A program made the position numbers and the translations under genes. A stretch of 64,000 nt of DNA from Gemmatimonadota bacterium (GTDB taxonomy: Bacteria; Gemmatimonadota; Gemmatimonadetes; Palauibacterales; Palauibacteraceae), in contig JAVVDU010000008.1 of assembly GCA_032251515.1 (NCBI GenBank), forward strand, positions 14,007-78,006, read 5' to 3'. Below, in pieces: positions 44,633-54,100 of the stretch; the first letter of the stretch is position 1; every line of letters begins with the position of its first letter. Under the pieces are notes generated by a model that was not told where the DNA came from, searched no databases, and was given only the letters and a program-made list of their open reading frames with translations.

Positions 44633-45984
44633 TCGACCGGCTCCGGCCCCGCGAACCGGACCGCCTCCGTGCCCGCCGGTTGGTCCACGACCGTCACGAG
44701 AGGGACCGGTCCGTCCGTGGCCACGCGAACCTCGGTAACGCGTCCTCCCGTGCGTCCTCCCGCGCGTCCGGCCCTCGTGCGGGCCGCGCCGCCGTCTCCG
44801 GCCGCCGCCAGCGCCCGCCGCGCCGCGGCGGCGAACTCCCGCGCCTCCGCGGCATCGTCCCACGCCGTGCCCCACACCAGCGCCTCGCCTCCCGGTCCTT
44901 CCAGCAGGCGAACCGCGTCGCCGTGCCAGCCCGCCGCAGCCGCCGCGGCCGCCGCGGAGGAGAAGGCGGAGGCGGAGGCGCCGAGACGTTCCTCGAGCCA
45001 GATCCGGATCTCCAGCTCCCCCAGGTCGCCCGCGTAGACGACGTCCCAGCCGTCCGGCGGCGCGCCGAACGCGAGGCGGGCCGGACTCCCGTGTGGTCCC
45101 GTCCCGGACGGCCCGCCCGCCGCTCCGTGCAGGACCTGCTCCGTGGAGACCGGCATGCGGCCCCCGAGGGGCGCGGCCCTCGCCTCGCCGGCCCGCAGGC
45201 GTGCCTGCACCCACGACAGTCCGCCCACGTAGGGAAACAGGAGGGACTCGCGCAGGATGCGCGGCGCCTCGGTGAGCGCGGGCATCTCGAGGCCCGCCGC
45301 AGCGATGAGCGCGTCGGCCCCCAGCGCGGAGAGGTCCGGGAGCGCCGCCAGCGCGTCGGAGCCGAGGCCGAGACGTCCGAGCTGCCACTCGAGCATCACC
45401 AGGGTGGCATGCCCTTCCAGCGCCGCCTGCGCCGCGGTGGCCCGGTCGTTCCGCTCCAGGTTCGCGGCCGTCAGGGAGTCGAGGTCCTGGTACTGGTCCT
45501 GGAGTGCGTGCACGATCTCGTGCGCCAGCACCGCCTCCACGAGCTCCGACTCCACGTCGCGCAGCACGTACAGGGTGTCCCGCCCCGGGTCGTAGTAGCC
45601 CACCACCTGCTCGAGCAGCAGCGAGCGGAGGAGCGGCGCGAGATCGTAGTCCGCCGGGAGGAGTCCCAGCCGGGCGTAGGCGCGCACCAGGCCCTCCGCG
45701 CGCTCCGGCGGAAGCTGCCGGGCCAGCTCGTCGACCAGGAAGGCTTCGAGCTCGCCGCGCGAGCGGACCGCGAGGGCGACCGGACGGCGCGCCGGCAGGC
45801 CGGCCAGCGTCTCGACTTCGGGCAGAATGTCGTCGGCGAGGGCCCGCAGGCGCGCCGCATCGGGATCCCCGCCGGCGTCCGGAGTACCGCACGCGACGGA
45901 CAGCATCAGCAGCGCACCGGCCGCACCGAGCGCCCGGAACCGCCACGGCAGCCCCGCGGTCCGGCCTCCGCTTCGGAATCTCAT
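44629..45984 (-). CDS. Lipoprotein with HExxH zinc-metallopeptidase-like motif
   Basis: Lipobox SVAC; VGYYDP, LAHEIVHALQDQY, ALEGHA, FPYVGG, PVSTEQVLH. Confidence 0.8.
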   Translation of the reverse strand: MRFRSGGRTAGLPWRFRALGAAGALLMLSVACGTPDAGGDPDAARLRALADDILPEVETLAGLPARRPVALAVRSRGELEAFLVDELARQLPPERAEGLVRAYARLGLLPADYDLAPLLRSLLLEQVVGYYDPGRDTLYVLRDVESELVEAVLAHEIVHALQDQYQDLDSLTAANLERNDRATAAQAALEGHATLVMLEWQLGRLGLGSDALAALPDLSALGADALIAAAGLEMPALTEAPRILRESLLFPYVGGLSWVQARLRAGEARAAPLGGRMPVSTEQVLHGAAGGPSGTGPHGSPARLAFGAPPDGWDVVYAGDLGELEIRIWLEERLGASASAFSSAAAAAAAAGWHGDAVRLLEGPGGEALVWGTAWDDAAEAREFAAAARRALAAAGDGGAARTRAGRAGGRTGGRVTEVRVATDGPVPLVTVVDQPAGTEAVRFAGPEPVE

Positions 45985-45991
45985 CTTCGCC

Positions 45992-46537
45992 TCACCACCA
46001 GGGTGCCCCGGCGAGCCGACGCACGCCGGACGCGTCGATCCGACTCGCCAGGTCCGCCACCGCGGCGGCCGGCCGCCCCTGACTCTCGGGCACGATCCAT
46101 TCCGGCGCAATCTCGGCCAGTGGAACGAGCACGAAGGCCCGCTCGCGCAGGCGCGGGTGGGGTACCTCGAGTCCGGGCTCGCGCACCACCATTTCCCCGA
46201 CCAGGAGGACGTCGAGGTCCAGGGTCCGGGGTCCGTATCGTGGACCCGCACGGTCTCGCCCCGCTCGCCGCTCGATGTCGAGGAGGCGCCGGAGAAGCGC
46301 GAGCGGCGCGAGCGTCGTCCGGCCCGTGCAGCAGGCGTTCAGGAAGCGCGGCTGGTCGGGCAGGTGCAGAGGCTCGGTCTCGTACAGGGAAGATACGTGA
46401 AGGTCGTCGAGCAGGTCGGCGAGCGACGTGACGGCCGACACGAGGAGCTCACGACGGGGGCCAAGGTTCGAGCCGATGGAGACGGCGATGGGAACGTCGC
46501 ATCCCGGCCCGGCCGCAGACGTCGATTGCTCCGGCAA
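45992..46537 (-). CDS. folK: 2-amino-4-hydroxy-6-hydroxymethyldihydropteridine diphosphokinase
   Basis: SIGSNLG, SSLYETEP, QPRFLNA, GPRTLDLDVL, PHPRLRERAFVLVPLAEIAP. Confidence 0.95.
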   Translation of the reverse strand: MPEQSTSAAGPGCDVPIAVSIGSNLGPRRELLVSAVTSLADLLDDLHVSSLYETEPLHLPDQPRFLNACCTGRTTLAPLALLRRLLDIERRAGRDRAGPRYGPRTLDLDVLLVGEMVVREPGLEVPHPRLRERAFVLVPLAEIAPEWIVPESQGRPAAAVADLASRIDASGVRRLAGAPWW

Positions 46538-46580
46538 GGCGGGCCGCCTCCGTGTCCACGTGACGGGCCATCGGAACGAC

Positions 46581-46614
46581 GAGAGCGGGCGCCCCGCCGG
46601 GGACCCCCGCTCTC
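46581..46614. terminator. Hairpin downstream of the TBDR/PorV operon
   Basis: GAGAGCGGG...CCCGCTCTC stem with an inner CCCC/GGGG pair; no U-tract. Confidence 0.35.
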
Positions 46615-46684
46615 GCCTGCTCCGGCAGCGGCGCGAGGCGGTATAGTCCGCCCCGCGCCAATCGCTCCGGTGCTGAATGAAAGG

Positions 46685-48298
46685 TTACTGGATCGCCGCC
46701 TCGAGAACGTACGTCGCCGGCGCCTCGTCGAAGTCGTTGATCCAGATCTGGTGCTGCCCGGCGGTCAGCTCGCACGTCGACTGCTCGGGCTGAGCGCTGG
46801 TCGCGCCGTCCGTGCACTCGAACGCCGTGACTCCAGCATCCGTGACCAGGATGTCGAGGTCGGCCCCCGTATCCCAGTCGAGGTCGATCACGATCGTGGC
46901 ATCCGCGGCCAGCTCGATCAGGTAGAAGTGATCGACCTGGTCGGCGTCCTGGAACGCGACCTTCTTCAGCGGCAGGGCCGTCAGCGGCGCCGTGCCCGGA
47001 TCGAGGAATGCCGGCGAGTCCGCCGAGCCCGACGAGGTCAGGTCGAACTCGAAGGGATCGGACAGCGCCCCCTCCCGGCCGACTGCGATCTCGTGCGTAC
47101 CGACGCCGACGAACGGCATCCAGAACACGATCTGGTTGGCGGTGCGCGACTCGACGAAGATGTCATCGAGCTGCGTCCCGTCGATGAACACCTCGTGCAC
47201 GTCCTCAAGCCCGGTGAGATCCAGGGTGACGATCTCGCCGACGAGGCCGCTGGCGGGGCCCGCGGCATCGATCGTGGCGATGCCCACGACCCGCACCGTC
47301 GCCGAGAACGGAAGGGCGCCCTCGGACGTCTGAACCGTCCCGGAGATCGTCGTGGTCCCGCCGGAGACCGGCGTCACTTCCACGGTCAGGGCGACTTCCT
47401 CGCCGAGCAACGCACGCGTGGCGGTCGCCGTGGCGATGCCGGGATCCGCAGACGACACGCTGATTCCCGTGATCTCATCGGGAACCGTGTTGAAGTTCCC
47501 CGCGGCGTCGAACACGGCGACCGTGAACTCCGACGCGACCACCGGGTTCGTCTGGTCCACGACGCCGAGATCGGTGACCGCCGCGTCATCGATCAAGAAT
47601 GACGCGCTGGCCGGCACATCGGCGACCACGGCGACCGTGCACGTCGCCTCCCGCGTCACGCGGCCGGCCGTGCCCGTGGCCTCGGTCCCGGTCCAGGTTC
47701 CCGTGATCGTCGCGGCACCGGCGAGCGTCGCCTCGAAGCCGCCGGCATCGTCCACCGCGAGCACGTCCGCGTCATCCGTCGCCCACTCCAGGTCCGTCGC
47801 CTGGTCGAACGGCGTCACGGTCTCGCCGGTGGAGCTCGTGAGCCGGGCCGTCAGGGTTCCCGTGTCGCTCGAGCGCACCTGCTCAGGGCAGGTCAGCTCT
47901 ACGCCATCGGCCACCACGATCGCATCGACCGTGGCGGAAAGCCCGCCGGACGACAGCTCGATCGTGCACGTGCCGAGAGTGTTCCCCGCGGTCACGAGAA
48001 ACAGGCCCGGTGGCTGGATCGGCACGGCCGCGGCTGGATCCGGCTGAAGCGTGACGCACTGCGGGGTCACGACCGGATCGGCGAATTCCGCGAAGGTGGG
48101 CTCGCCGGTCTCGTTCAGGGCACGCGCCGCGAGCTGCCCGCTCCGCCCCGCCGGAATGACCATCTCCGACGGATTCGTCGAGATCCGGGACGTCTGATCC
48201 GGGTCCTCGCTGATCGGGTCGTCGTTGCAGGCGGTGAGGCCGAGTGCCGCCACCGCCAGGCACGCGAGCCCGACATTTCGAACGAAGCCAACTCTCAT
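46685..48298 (-). CDS. Acidic Ig-like-repeat lipoprotein (Big_2/IPT-like modules, PPC-like C-terminal domain)
   Basis: Lipobox LTAC; WATDDADVLAVDDAG, SSADPGIATA, GTTTISGT Ig motifs; DHFY...LDWDTGADLDILV tail; GAGG SD. Confidence 0.8.
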   Translation of the reverse strand: MRVGFVRNVGLACLAVAALGLTACNDDPISEDPDQTSRISTNPSEMVIPAGRSGQLAARALNETGEPTFAEFADPVVTPQCVTLQPDPAAAVPIQPPGLFLVTAGNTLGTCTIELSSGGLSATVDAIVVADGVELTCPEQVRSSDTGTLTARLTSSTGETVTPFDQATDLEWATDDADVLAVDDAGGFEATLAGAATITGTWTGTEATGTAGRVTREATCTVAVVADVPASASFLIDDAAVTDLGVVDQTNPVVASEFTVAVFDAAGNFNTVPDEITGISVSSADPGIATATATRALLGEEVALTVEVTPVSGGTTTISGTVQTSEGALPFSATVRVVGIATIDAAGPASGLVGEIVTLDLTGLEDVHEVFIDGTQLDDIFVESRTANQIVFWMPFVGVGTHEIAVGREGALSDPFEFDLTSSGSADSPAFLDPGTAPLTALPLKKVAFQDADQVDHFYLIELAADATIVIDLDWDTGADLDILVTDAGVTAFECTDGATSAQPEQSTCELTAGQHQIWINDFDEAPATYVLEAAIQ

Positions 48299-48368
48299 GG
48301 TTTCCTCTCTTCCCGATTGTCGCCGTCCCGCGAACCGTCTCGCGGACGTGGTGCGCTGCCCGGACGGT

Positions 48369-49895
48369 TCAGCTACCGGGCCCGATCCCGAAATTCGTCG
48401 CCAGGTCCTGCAGGGCCGACGTTCCGACGCGGGCCCGCCAGTCCGCCAGCGACGTCATGTCGTTGTCCGTGGTGAAGACCAGGCGCCAGGCATCGAACTG
48501 ATTCTCCTGGATGAACAGGTAGACGTATCCCGTCTCCCTGTACTGCCAGATCTCGTACGGCGGTTCGGCGAAGCTGCCGGACCGGCTCGCGCCCCCGCCC
48601 GTCGTCGGATAGTAATTGACGATCCGGTCGTACGGCTCGCCGAACTTCAGGTAGAGCCGGCCCATGTCCGTCGTCCACGGGCCCCGCGTGTCCGTTCCGA
48701 CACGTTCGTCGTAACGGGCGCGGATCGTGGCGATCCGGTCCAGGTATTCGTCGAGAAACGAACTTCCGGGCCCCGGTGTCCGATCACGGGCGGCGAAGAA
48801 GTCGACGAGATAGCGCCGCTTGGCGTCCGGCGGAAGCGCCTCGAAGGTCCGTCGTTCGGCCTCGCTGACCAGCAAGCCGACACCCCCGAACGTGTCCTGC
48901 AGCTCTTCGTCGGACAGGGACTGGAAATAGGTGACGAGATCGGAGCCGGCCCCGGTCGGGGTCGAGCTCGGTTCGGGAGCGTCATGCACCTCGAACCCTG
49001 CCGTGCGCAACTGTGGCTCCGCGTCCGGGCTCCGGATCGTCATCGCGAACTCGTAGTCGCCCGGGGCCAGGCCCGACAGCGGCAGCCGTCCCGTGAAGGG
49101 CAGGCCGCCGGCCGGTACCATCACGTCCCGGCCGGGCGTCCGCAGCAGGGAGGAACCCGTCGCGGACCGGATCTCGGCTTCCACCGAGACCGGTCGCTCC
49201 GTTTCGCTCCCGTACAGTTCCAGGTAGTAGTAGAGTGTCGGGTCCGAATCGAGGACGACGGTACGGGCCGCCGCGCTGATGCCGAACCCACCGCGTTCGA
49301 GTGACCAGCTCCCCTCCCCGGACGCTTCGTCCAGGGCTTCCACTCGCGTCGAGAGCACGAGGTCGGAGGCGAGCGGCGGTTGCCCGAAGGCTTCCAGCGC
49401 CACCGTCTCGCGAACTCCCAGGTCCGCCGCATCCGTGGGATACGCGCGGAGCTCCACCTCGTATGTCCCGGGCCGGAGCCCGATGCGGAACGACTCGAGC
49501 AGATAGGATGCGTCGGTGCCGACGAACGCGGCAGCCCGGCCGCTGACCTCGCGGACCCAGGAATCCCGGTAGAGCGTTTCGCCCGCGGCGTCGAGCACGG
49601 CGACCTCGAACCGGTACGAACCCGTCGTACTGGCGGCGAGGATGCCGAGTGGCACGTGGACGAATCCGTCCACGAGCGTCACGTCGTCTCCCGCCCAGGT
49701 GCGGATGAGAGACGTCTCGAGCCGGGGCTCGGGTCCCGCCGCCCGTTCCCCCGCCTCCTGGCCGCGGCCGGCGGGGCCGGCCACGAGAAGGAGAACGGCG
49801 GCGAGAAGGAGCCCGTGGGCCCGCGACCGGGCAGCGGGAACGTCCTGCGGACGTCCCCCGGAGCGGGGCCCGAAACGGATCGACCGGAGGTTCAT
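48369..49895 (-). CDS. GWxTD-domain exported protein
   Basis: Signal peptide; Ig-like LxPGxY modules; ERRTFEAL..KRRYL.DFF..RD.TP, PWTTDMGRLYLKFGEP, PYEIWQY. Confidence 0.82.
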   Translation of the reverse strand: MNLRSIRFGPRSGGRPQDVPAARSRAHGLLLAAVLLLVAGPAGRGQEAGERAAGPEPRLETSLIRTWAGDDVTLVDGFVHVPLGILAASTTGSYRFEVAVLDAAGETLYRDSWVREVSGRAAAFVGTDASYLLESFRIGLRPGTYEVELRAYPTDAADLGVRETVALEAFGQPPLASDLVLSTRVEALDEASGEGSWSLERGGFGISAAARTVVLDSDPTLYYYLELYGSETERPVSVEAEIRSATGSSLLRTPGRDVMVPAGGLPFTGRLPLSGLAPGDYEFAMTIRSPDAEPQLRTAGFEVHDAPEPSSTPTGAGSDLVTYFQSLSDEELQDTFGGVGLLVSEAERRTFEALPPDAKRRYLVDFFAARDRTPGPGSSFLDEYLDRIATIRARYDERVGTDTRGPWTTDMGRLYLKFGEPYDRIVNYYPTTGGGASRSGSFAEPPYEIWQYRETGYVYLFIQENQFDAWRLVFTTDNDMTSLADWRARVGTSALQDLATNFGIGPGS

Positions 49896-49904
49896 CGCGT
49901 CAGC

Positions 49905-51068
49905 TCACTGCCAGCCGAGCGACACGGTGAACGCGTCCACGCTGCCCAGCGCTCCGAAGTGCCGGTACGCGTAGTCGAACTGGAGCCGGTACTGGTCGGA
50001 CAGCTTGTAGAACAGGCCGCCCCCGAGAGCGATCCCGTCCAGCTCCTCGTCCTCGGGCTCGATCGCGATCGCCGTGACGTCCTCGTTGTCAGGCTGCGTG
50101 GTGTACGACGCACGCAGCGAGCCACCGATCGGGCTCACGGCGCTCTCCCAGCCGAACTCGCCGCCGAAGCCGAACACGACCTTGTTGTTGTTCGACTCGA
50201 CGAACTCGCTCAGGAGAGAGACCCGGGCCTGCTCGGTCGTGATGACGTCGTAGTTGAGGCCGACCCGCAGCAGTCGCGGCAGCTCGAAGGCGTCCGTGTC
50301 GAATTGCGCGAACGGCGGATCCACGCGCTGGTCCGGAATGCCCGGATCGCTGTTGCTGCCGTTGAAGTCACGGAACCGGAGCGCCTCGCCCGAGTGCTCG
50401 AGCTTGCCGCCCAGGTTCTGAACCACGAAGGCGAGCGCGATCGGGCGGTTGCCCAGCTCGCTGTGGAAGTTGATGCCCACGTCCACCGCGACGGTCTGGG
50501 CGCGCCCGCCCGTGAGGGCCCCGCTGGCCAGGTCGTCGCTGATGTACTTCACGGTCGCGCCGGCCGAGAACCGGTCGATGAAGGCATGGGCGAACGACAG
50601 CCCCGCCACCACCTCGCTCACCGAGTACGTCTCGCCGGACAGGCCGTTCTCGTCCGCCTCGGTGAAGATCGGCTGGTCATCGAAGCCGAACTGGCCGAGG
50701 AACACGCCCATCCCGAAGTCGTTGTTCGAGAACGGGAAGGCGAGCCCCGTCCAGTAGTAGTCCGTGTCGGCGAAGTACGGCATCACCGTCAGCATCGCCT
50801 GCGGACCATCGAGGAACGTCAGGTTCGCCGGGTTGTAGTGCAGGGCGCTCGCGTCGTCCACGATCGTGGCGAACGCACCGCCCAGCGCCATGCCCCGGGC
50901 GCTCGCGCCGAACTGCAGGAACTCGCCCGACACCGTCCCGAACCCGTTGTTCTCGCTGATGAGCTGAACGGGGTTGTCCGGGTCGATCGGTGCCTGCTGG
51001 GCCCACAGCAGCCCGGGCAGGGCCACCGTGAAAGCCACCGCGGTCACCGTTCGCTTGAGCAGCCGCAT
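49905..51068 (-). CDS. PorV/PorQ (UPF0164, FadL-like) outer-membrane beta-barrel
   Basis: GGAGG SD; signal peptide; FLQFGASARGMALGGA...DDASALHYNPANL; VQNLG, LP..LRVG, FDYAY, C-terminal SLGW. Confidence 0.88.
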   Translation of the reverse strand: MRLLKRTVTAVAFTVALPGLLWAQQAPIDPDNPVQLISENNGFGTVSGEFLQFGASARGMALGGAFATIVDDASALHYNPANLTFLDGPQAMLTVMPYFADTDYYWTGLAFPFSNNDFGMGVFLGQFGFDDQPIFTEADENGLSGETYSVSEVVAGLSFAHAFIDRFSAGATVKYISDDLASGALTGGRAQTVAVDVGINFHSELGNRPIALAFVVQNLGGKLEHSGEALRFRDFNGSNSDPGIPDQRVDPPFAQFDTDAFELPRLLRVGLNYDVITTEQARVSLLSEFVESNNNKVVFGFGGEFGWESAVSPIGGSLRASYTTQPDNEDVTAIAIEPEDEELDGIALGGGLFYKLSDQYRLQFDYAYRHFGALGSVDAFTVSLGWQ

Positions 51069-51145
51069 GAATACCTCCTGGGGAGCTGGTCTTCCCCCGT
51101 TGCGGGGGCGGCCGGAGCCGCCCCCGCGCCGGAGCCGCTCGCGAA

Positions 51146-54100
51146 TCAGTTCTGACCCGCGAAGTTGATGATCGTGAACTTGCCCACGCGCTCGTTCCCC
51201 TCGGGGGTGACCACGTGGTAGAAGTACACTCCGCTCGCCACGAACTGGTTGTTCCGGTTGCGGAGATCCCACACGGCCCGGCCGCCGCCGGTCGGGTCAT
51301 CGTGGTCGAACTGGTCCACGAGGACGCCCGTCAGGGTGTAGATCCGGATCGTGGCCCGCGGCGGCAGGTTCACGAACATGAGCTGCTTGCTCGTCGGCGC
51401 CCGGTCGAACTGGCTGGTGGCCAGGTACGGGTCGGGCACCGTGTGCACGTCGCGCAGGTCCGTCGCGGCCGCGACGGTGGTGGCGGTCTGGGCTCGCCAG
51501 CCGAGCGTCAGCCCCGGAACGATCATCGGGCGCTGACCCGTGGTCGTGCCCGTGTAGTCGATCACGAAGCCGTATTCCGTCGGGTCGGCCGCATCGAACG
51601 TTGCTTCGTTGGACACGACCGCCCCGCTGAACGTGCGCAGCGTCCACACCGTCCCCGCCGCCGGCAGCGCCGAGAGCTGGAAGATGTAGCGCTCGCCGTT
51701 CACGAACAGCCCGAAGCCCTGGCCCGTCTGTGTCAGACCGGCAATGCCCGTCTGATCGAGACCGTCGATGCTGACCGGGACGATCGCGGGCGTGTCCGTG
51801 AGCTGAACCGGCGTCAGGACACCTCCCGGATCCCAGCTCGTCCCGGCCGCCGCGTCGCAGTTCCCACCGCCCACCAGGCGCAGGATCTGCAGAGCGTTGT
51901 CGATGTAGTTGAAGTCCTGCCAGTCGATGAAGCCGTTCCCGTTCGCGTCGGTGGTCAGGAAGCCGTAGCTCGCCTGCGCCGTCGGCTTGAACGGCACCTC
52001 GACGTCGTGCGTCACATCCCACGCCGTCACGCCCGTGCCGTCCCAGCGGAACTCCACGTCCGCCGCCCGGCCCAGCTTCGCCAGGGCCCGCGAGAAGCAC
52101 TGCTTCTCGAACGACACCGACCCGTTGGGCGGCACCGGCAGGCCCGCCGCGAGCGGCGTGTGGCTGATCGGCGCCCACACGGTGTCCACCCCGTCGAGGT
52201 GGCCCACCCGCGTGAACGCGGCCGGATCGGCGACGCTCTCGTTCGCGCCGCTGAACCAGCGGGAGCCGCCGTGCCGCACCAGCGGCGTCGCCACGCGACG
52301 ATTCTGCGGACCCTCCGCCGCGCTGTTGTTGAGCGCCTCGTTGAAGGTCCCCGTGGCCACGGCGCTGCCGCTCGCCGACGGGATCCCGAAGTCCGCCAGC
52401 GCGGCCTGGTCGAACGGCACCTGGGCCTGCACCAGCGTGAACTGCTGCGGCACGCCCTCACCGAAGGACGACCACCAGGGGTTGTAGACGTCGATCACGA
52501 CCGACGTCATCTCGCCGCTGTCGTTGATCGTCAGGTAGTGCTTCAGGCAGGCCGAAAACGGGTCGCCCCCGTTCGCGCACTCCGCCGTCGGCGTACCGAA
52601 GCTCGAGCCGGGGCTCGCGGTCGGCACGATGCTGTCGATCCGGGCCGAGAGCTCGAACGCGCCGATCAGGCGGTCGACGAGCGGCGCAAAGGCCAGGTCC
52701 ACCGAGTTCGTCGGCGGGAACGGCCCGCTGAACGTACCGTCCTCCGAATCGATCGAAGGGATCTGAGCGTTCGGGTTGAGAGGCCCGTTCTCGCCGGCGA
52801 TGAAGGACTCGAAGGTCGCGAAGTCCAGGTTCTGCGTGTCGTTCCGCGGCGTCACCGGGTCCGACACCCGCGACGACTCCAGCGTGTACGGGCCCGAAGC
52901 CAGCGAGTTCACGTCGAACGCCGACACGGCGTAGAAGTAGGTGAAGTTGTTCGTCACGTTCGGGTCGTTGAACGCGAACGGGATGCCGGTGTCCTGCAGC
53001 TGAACGCCCGTGAAGTCATCCACGCCGACCTGCGTGAGGTTCGTCCCGAGCGCGTCGCCGTTGGCGAGCCGCACCACGCCGAGACCCGGAGCGCCACCGG
53101 CCGTACCGTTGTTGAAGAACAAGTCGCTGTTGATCGAGCTGACCTTCTCGAAGTCCTCCGGGCATTCCTCACCGCCCACGAACCCGAACGTCTCCTCGGG
53201 GGCGGAGGAAAAGTCATGCAGGTCGTCGCCCGGCAGGACCGTCTCGCAGGTGATGTCCGTGTACGTGCTGTTCGCCTTGTCGAACTGGGCGATCTGCACG
53301 AGGTCCGACGGCGTGGTGCCCCGGAACACCCGGTAGCCCTCGACGTCGAACTCCCGGTAGTTCGGGTTGAACAGCGCGCTCGTCGGGTCCGACGCGACCG
53401 TGAAGAACGGGTCACCCAGCTCCTCGGTGGGGCTGTCCTCCCACAGAATCGTCACCTGGTTGTTGCCCGGCACGAGGAAGAAGTTGGGCTGGTCCGGCGC
53501 GAAGCCGAGCAGGAACTTGTTGTTGAAGATCGTCTGGGCTACCAGCGCCTTTCCGAGCAGACTCCCCGGCACGACCTCGACGAGCGGCTGGCCCGTCGCG
53601 TCGAAGATCGGGAGCTTGTTCTCGGGGCCCTCCAGGGCGCCGTTGCCCCGGCCGCTCGGCAGGGGACCCGTGTACTCGACCCAGCCGGCGCCGCGCTCGA
53701 GAGCCTTCACCTCGTTCTCCGGATCGAACACGGAGCAGTTCTCCCCGTTCACGTCGCAGCCGCGTGCACTCGGAAAACCGGGGTGGAAGGACGGCGTGCC
53801 CGGCGGATTCGCGTTCGGGTCGGAGTTCGCGTCGATGCCCGAGAGGTCTCCGTTCGGCAGCTCCCGCACGGTGGCGGCGATGATGTACGCCACCACGATC
53901 GTCGCCTCCTGGCCCGGCTCCAGCGTGAAGGGACCGGATGCCTGGTAGAACCGGGTGTCCGCGGCGCTCTGGAACAAGAAGCAGATCGAGCGCTCCGTCG
54001 TCTCAGGGATCCCCGTGTCCACCTCGGGCGTCTCCGAGCACGGGAAGTCACCCGCCGCCGGATTCAGCTTGCCGGACAGGTAGCGCCAGAGCTGCTTGTC

